From NCBI GenBank assembly GCA_965235115.1, contig OZ249436.1, forward strand, positions 33,790,001-33,854,000: a DNA stretch of 64,000 bases. Reading direction: 5' to 3'. Every line of letters begins with the position of its first letter. Within the stretch, counting starts at the first letter, position 1. Positions 62,271 through 64,000 of the stretch are shown one piece after another. The stretch is from Laetmonice hystrix. Lineage: Eukaryota. The notes under the pieces are model-generated. The model was not told the origin of the DNA, made no database searches, and saw only the letters and a list, made by a program, of their open reading frames with translations. The position numbers were made by a program, and so were the translations under genes.

Positions 62271-63460
62271 TCGAATTGACTCAAACGTGAGATAAATAGC
62301 CACAATCATTCTTCTTTTATTATGGTGTTTTGAAAATACAGGTAATCAGAACCTCCCACATTATAATTATTTCCCCAAAACAAGCCAATCTCCCACAAAT
62401 TTTTACTAACCCTCCCGCAAGCATGTAGAAGACCCTTAGCCAGTCTGCGATATATGGCATGTATGATGTCATAATCGAGGTAATTGTTAAATCTAAGAAA
62501 CCTCCAGCATTGAACTCCCAATATGGCCCAAACTCCAGCAAAACCTTCACAAATCTCCAGCAAGATGGAAGACCCCCCCTTGGCACGTCTGGGATATGTG
62601 GGCAAAAGATTGGAAATACATCATACATTTGGCACGGCTAGTATGGCACAACTTGCGAAATTTTAAATTTAACATGCAAGATACACATACAGTATACACA
62701 ATGACGTACACTACAGTACAGACAATGTCAGTGACACTGACACAGTGTCACTGACAGTGACAGTGATACACACACCTTAAAATTAAAATTTGGACAGAGA
62801 GGCAGATCTAATCTAATCAAGGCAGATCTAATCAACTGGCTGACAGTGTCGAATCCAGTACTCAACCGTACTCTAGTCTGGGGCTCAGACTACAAAACGC
62901 TGTCAACAACATAAGGCCGACTGACACTCAATAGACAATACACGTCTGTACAGTCAACACCGAACATGGATTGATGATGGAGCAATCTAAACTGAGCAGT
63001 CTAACTCGGTGGACCACATTTCGTTTAAGATAGGCAATTTTGAGACTATTAAGAGCTTGTATTTTTTAACTTGATATTCTACATACCTACTATTATTCGA
63101 TTCCAAAGCCTTACGACGAAAACTTTTGCTCAAAGCAATATTTCTACATCAAACTGGTTCTGTCGGAACAGCAACAAAGAACACTTGCAAGATGGCCGAT
63201 TCAGATTTGATGGTTTGGGCTTCATGTACCCGAAACTACATTTGCAGCGCCATCTGTTGTATTTTCAAGATATGAATCTTCCAATTTCGTTCCCGTTTAA
63301 TCCACCAGGGGATTGAGCAGCCACCGATCTCATGCTAACAATATTTAATCGTGATGTAGGCAGGCTGATGTAGATTGTAGTAATGCCTGCCCAGCTCGAC
63401 TGCGGATATTTTGAAATCTAATTCTAATAGACCTAGACCAAAGCCTAGACTAGGCCCTAC

Positions 63461-63640
63461 CACTGGCCCAGCCAGGCCAAGGCAAAGGCAACGTCTAACT
63501 CCAAACTCTTCTTGCTGTTCACACCAGACGGCGCGCACGGAGTTCTTTGTTCGCAGGTGCTCGCCACTGACAGCGCTGTAGTCGAGCGCTCATCGGAACT
63601 CGACTGAGTCGTGCGCATGCACAATATACGCTTCCGACAA
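63461..63640 (-). promoter_or_regulatory. Candidate EDC3 promoter and non-coding first exon
   Basis: CpG-rich. NRF1-like GTGCGCATGCAC at 63611-63622 and ETS-like CGGAAG (minus strand, 63631-63636); possible donor TG|GTAGGG at 63461/63460. The first coding exon starts at an acceptor, so an upstream UTR exon is required. Confidence 0.35.
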
Positions 63641-64000
63641 CAGTTCTGGTCTAGAGTCGTGATTTTCCAATGTGTCACTTTGGATTTATCAGGAAAGAAT
63701 CGTGAAAACATGTGGTGGATTACGTTCACATAGTATGGTACTGACCATGTAACCAGGCGATGATCGGTAGGTAGAGAGTCGTTCCTTTCCCGTCGTGTAA
63801 ATGTGGATGTTTTCGCGACCATATCGCATGGGTCCGCGCGCGCCCACAGTCTGACACTGTCACACACGGTAAACTGCGGACTGCCTGTTGTGTTGTCTTC
63901 TGTGTTGTCTTCTCACAGTCACAGATGTTGCTCTTGAGTTTTATTGGACTGGTGGTAGATTTGTGAATTTAAGGATGAAAAGCCACAGAGGAAATGTAAT

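Noticed and set aside
62726-62756. 14-bp-stem hairpin near the EDC3 5' end
   Set aside because: It arises from ACAGTG/CACTG(A)-type low-complexity repeats, with no evidence of function.

Overview
Eukaryotic (invertebrate-like metazoan) genomic DNA, dense in transposons; the species cannot be determined from the sequence. One clear host gene is present: EDC3 (enhancer of mRNA decapping 3) on the minus strand, with 7 phase-consistent coding exons from 61216 to 48356 (about 544 aa; Lsm14-like N-terminus, FDF motif, YjeF-N domain). Its last intron was enlarged from about 0.2 kb to 6.7 kb by a DIRS1-like tyrosine-recombinase retrotransposon (48775-55262) with near-identical inverted terminal repeats, an internal complementary region and decayed gag/RT/RH/MT/YR. 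The ITRs carry duplicated DR1+IR1 nuclear-receptor-like motifs. At 10949-19589 is a very young Gypsy-type LTR element (apparently identical 908-bp LTRs, ATAC TSD, tRNA-His-like PBS, PPT). It has an intact gag-protease ORF and an extra coiled-coil ORF, but no recognisable RT, RNase H or integrase. At 22286-22694 is an exon encoding a likely secreted six-cysteine peptide precursor with eclosion-hormone-like Cys spacing. The rest contains a Harbinger deletion derivative, Tc1, RecQ-helicase (Academ-like) and L1/Tx1-like relics, many MITEs (TTAA, TTA, CWG or 5-bp TSDs), minisatellites, and a strong excess of the palindrome TAGGCCTA in the first 25 kb. All family assignments come from motif recognition by eye; no database searches were run.
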